A DNA stretch of 40,327 bases from Teseptimavirus PDP351P2, in sequence record OZ035763.1. The stretch is one strand, 5' to 3'. Shown in pieces: positions 38,413-40,327 of the stretch. A model generated the notes under the pieces. The model saw only the letters and a list, made by a program, of their open reading frames with translations, searched no databases and had not been told where the DNA came from. A program made the position numbers and the translations under genes. Positions within the stretch are counted from its first letter, which is position 1. Each line of letters opens with the position of its first letter.

Positions 38413-40089
38413 ATGGCTAACGCAATTAAAACAGTTTTGACTTACCAGTTAGATGGCTCCAATCGTGATTTTAATATCCCGTTTGAGTATCTAGCCCGTA
38501 AGTTCGTAGTGGTAACTCTTATTGGTGTAGACCGAAAGGTCCTTACGATTAATACAGACTATCGCTTTGCTACGCGTACTACCATCTCACTGACCAAGGC
38601 TTGGGGTCCAGCGGATGGCTATACTACCATCGAGTTACGTCGAGTAACCTCCACAACCGACCGCTTGGTTGACTTTACGGACGGCTCAATCCTCCGTGCG
38701 TATGACCTTAACGTCGCTCAGATTCAAACGATGCATGTAGCAGAAGAGGCCCGTGACCTAACTGCCGATACTATCGGTGTCAATAATGATGGTCACTTGG
38801 ATGCGCGTGGTCGTCGAATTGTGAACCTAGCGAACGCCGTGGATGACCGTGACGCTGTTCCGCTTGGTCAACTAAAGACGATGAACCAGAGCTCTTGGCA
38901 AGCTCGCAATGAGGCTCTACAGTTCCGTAATGAGGCTGAGACTTTCAGAAATCAAGCGGAGGGCTTTAAGAACGAGTCCAGTACCAACGCTACGAACACA
39001 AAGCAGTGGCGTGATGAGGCTAAGGGGTTCCGAGATGAAGCTGAGCAGTTCAAGAATACGGCTGGTCAATATGCCACATCTGCTGGTAACTCTGCGGCTG
39101 CTGCTCATCAATCTGAGGTAAATGCTGGGAACTCTGCTACAGCATCTACTAACTCTGCGCATTTGGCAGAACAACACGCAGACCGTGCGGAACGCGAAGC
39201 AGACAAGCTGGGGAATTTTAACGGACTAGCTGGCGCAATTGACAGGGTGGATGGAACCAATGTGTACTGGAAAGGAGGTATCCATGCGAACGGACGCCTT
39301 TACCTTACCTCAGATGGTTTTGACTGTGGTCAGTATCAACAGTTCTTTGGTGGTGGCACTAATAGTTATTCTATCATGGAGTGGGGAGATGATAACGGAT
39401 GGCTGATGCATGTTCAACGTAGAGAGGGGACAACAGCGATAGGCGGTAACATCCAGTTAGTAGTAAACGGACAGATCATCACCCAAGGTGGAGCCATGAC
39501 CGGTCAGCTAAAATTGCAGAATGGGCATGTTCTTCAATTAGAGTCCGCATCCGACAAGGCTCACTATATTCTATCTAAAGATGGTAACAGGAATAACTGG
39601 TACATTGGTAGAGGGTCAGATAACAACAATGACTGTACCTTCCACTCCTATGTACATGGTACGACCTTAACACTCAAGCAGGACTATGCAGTAGTTAACA
39701 AACACTTCCACGTAGGTCAGGCCGTTGTGTCCACTGATGGTAATATTCAAGGTACTAAGTGGGGAGGTAAGTGGCTTGATGTTTACCTAAACGATACTTA
39801 CGTTAAGAAGACAATGGCTTGGACTCAAGTATGGGCTGCTGATAGTGGTAGGTTCCTGCCAGGAGGTTCTCAGACTGGTACTCTCCCACAGGACTTGCGA
39901 TTCCGCAACATATGGATTAGGACCAAACACAACTATTGGAACTTCTTCCGAACTGGTCCTGATGGTATCTACTTCCTTTCAGCCGAGGGCGGTTGGCTAA
40001 AATTCCAGATACACTCTAATGGCAGGGTATTTAAGAACATAGAGGATAGAGATGCGCCTCCAACAGCAATAGCCGTAGAGGACGTGTAA
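38413..40089 (+). CDS. 17: tail fiber protein (T7 gp17 homolog) with divergent C-terminal tip
   Basis: 558 aa; N-terminal two thirds near-identical to recalled T7 gp17; distal roughly 100 aa differ. Confidence 0.95.
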   Translation: MANAIKTVLTYQLDGSNRDFNIPFEYLARKFVVVTLIGVDRKVLTINTDYRFATRTTISLTKAWGPADGYTTIELRRVTSTTDRLVDFTDGSILRAYDLNVAQIQTMHVAEEARDLTADTIGVNNDGHLDARGRRIVNLANAVDDRDAVPLGQLKTMNQSSWQARNEALQFRNEAETFRNQAEGFKNESSTNATNTKQWRDEAKGFRDEAEQFKNTAGQYATSAGNSAAAAHQSEVNAGNSATASTNSAHLAEQHADRAEREADKLGNFNGLAGAIDRVDGTNVYWKGGIHANGRLYLTSDGFDCGQYQQFFGGGTNSYSIMEWGDDNGWLMHVQRREGTTAIGGNIQLVVNGQIITQGGAMTGQLKLQNGHVLQLESASDKAHYILSKDGNRNNWYIGRGSDNNNDCTFHSYVHGTTLTLKQDYAVVNKHFHVGQAVVSTDGNIQGTKWGGKWLDVYLNDTYVKKTMAWTQVWAADSGRFLPGGSQTGTLPQDLRFRNIWIRTKHNYWNFFRTGPDGIYFLSAEGGWLKFQIHSNGRVFKNIEDRDAPPTAIAVEDV

Positions 40090-40147
40090 TAAGCATCAAA
40101 GGAACTACTTTAAGTCCACGGATGGACTATCACACTAAGGAGGACAC

Positions 40148-40327
40148 ATGTTGTCATTGGACTTTAACAACGAACTAATTAAAGCGGCACCGATTGTAGG
40201 TACAGGTGTTGCGGATGTTAGTGCAAGACTGTTCTTCGGGCTAAGCCTTAATGAATGGTTCTATGTGGCTGCTATCGCCTACACAGTGGTTCAGATTGGT
40301 GCCAAGGTAGTCGATAAGATGATTGAC
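40148..40327 (+). CDS. 17.5: holin (T7 gp17.5 homolog), 3' end truncated by the window edge
   Basis: MLSLDFNNELIKAAPIVGTGVADVSARLFFGLSLNEWFYVAAIAYTVVQIGAKVVDKMID; remainder wraps to window positions 1-20. Confidence 0.85.
   Translation, partial: MLSLDFNNELIKAAPIVGTGVADVSARLFFGLSLNEWFYVAAIAYTVVQIGAKVVDKMID

Overview
The window is a complete, circularly permuted genome of a T7-like podophage (Autographiviridae, T7 group, about 40.3 kb). It starts in the gene 18 region, runs through the right end, a single terminal-repeat copy and the left end (about 4478-4626), then continues from gene 0.3 to a truncated gene 17.5. All real genes are on the + strand in T7 order, and all 17 T7-type RNA polymerase promoters are present, together with host-type early promoters, RNase III hairpins, and the TE and Tphi terminators. 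It is not T7 itself; gene identities and all comparisons to T7 are from recalled T7 sequence, with no database search run. The most unusual content is mobile-nuclease related. (1) The large terminase gene 19 is split by an 836-bp insertion (1331-2166) with group I intron hallmarks and its own endonuclease ORF; I am not aware of this for T7-like terminase genes. (2) DNA polymerase gene 5 is split by a 601-bp group I intron (20292-20892) with an HNH ORF, inside polymerase motif C. (3) Free-standing HNH genes sit after gene 19, before the ligase gene, and at gene 3.8. (4) Endonuclease VII-like domains occur fused to the gene 0.6 N-terminus (interrupted at a G5 run) and at the gene 4.7 position. 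Other differences from T7 are a tandem duplication of gene 1.5, a half-length gene 1.7, absence of genes 2.8, 5.3 and 7.7, and a divergent tail-fibre tip. No CRISPR array, tRNA or rRNA was seen.
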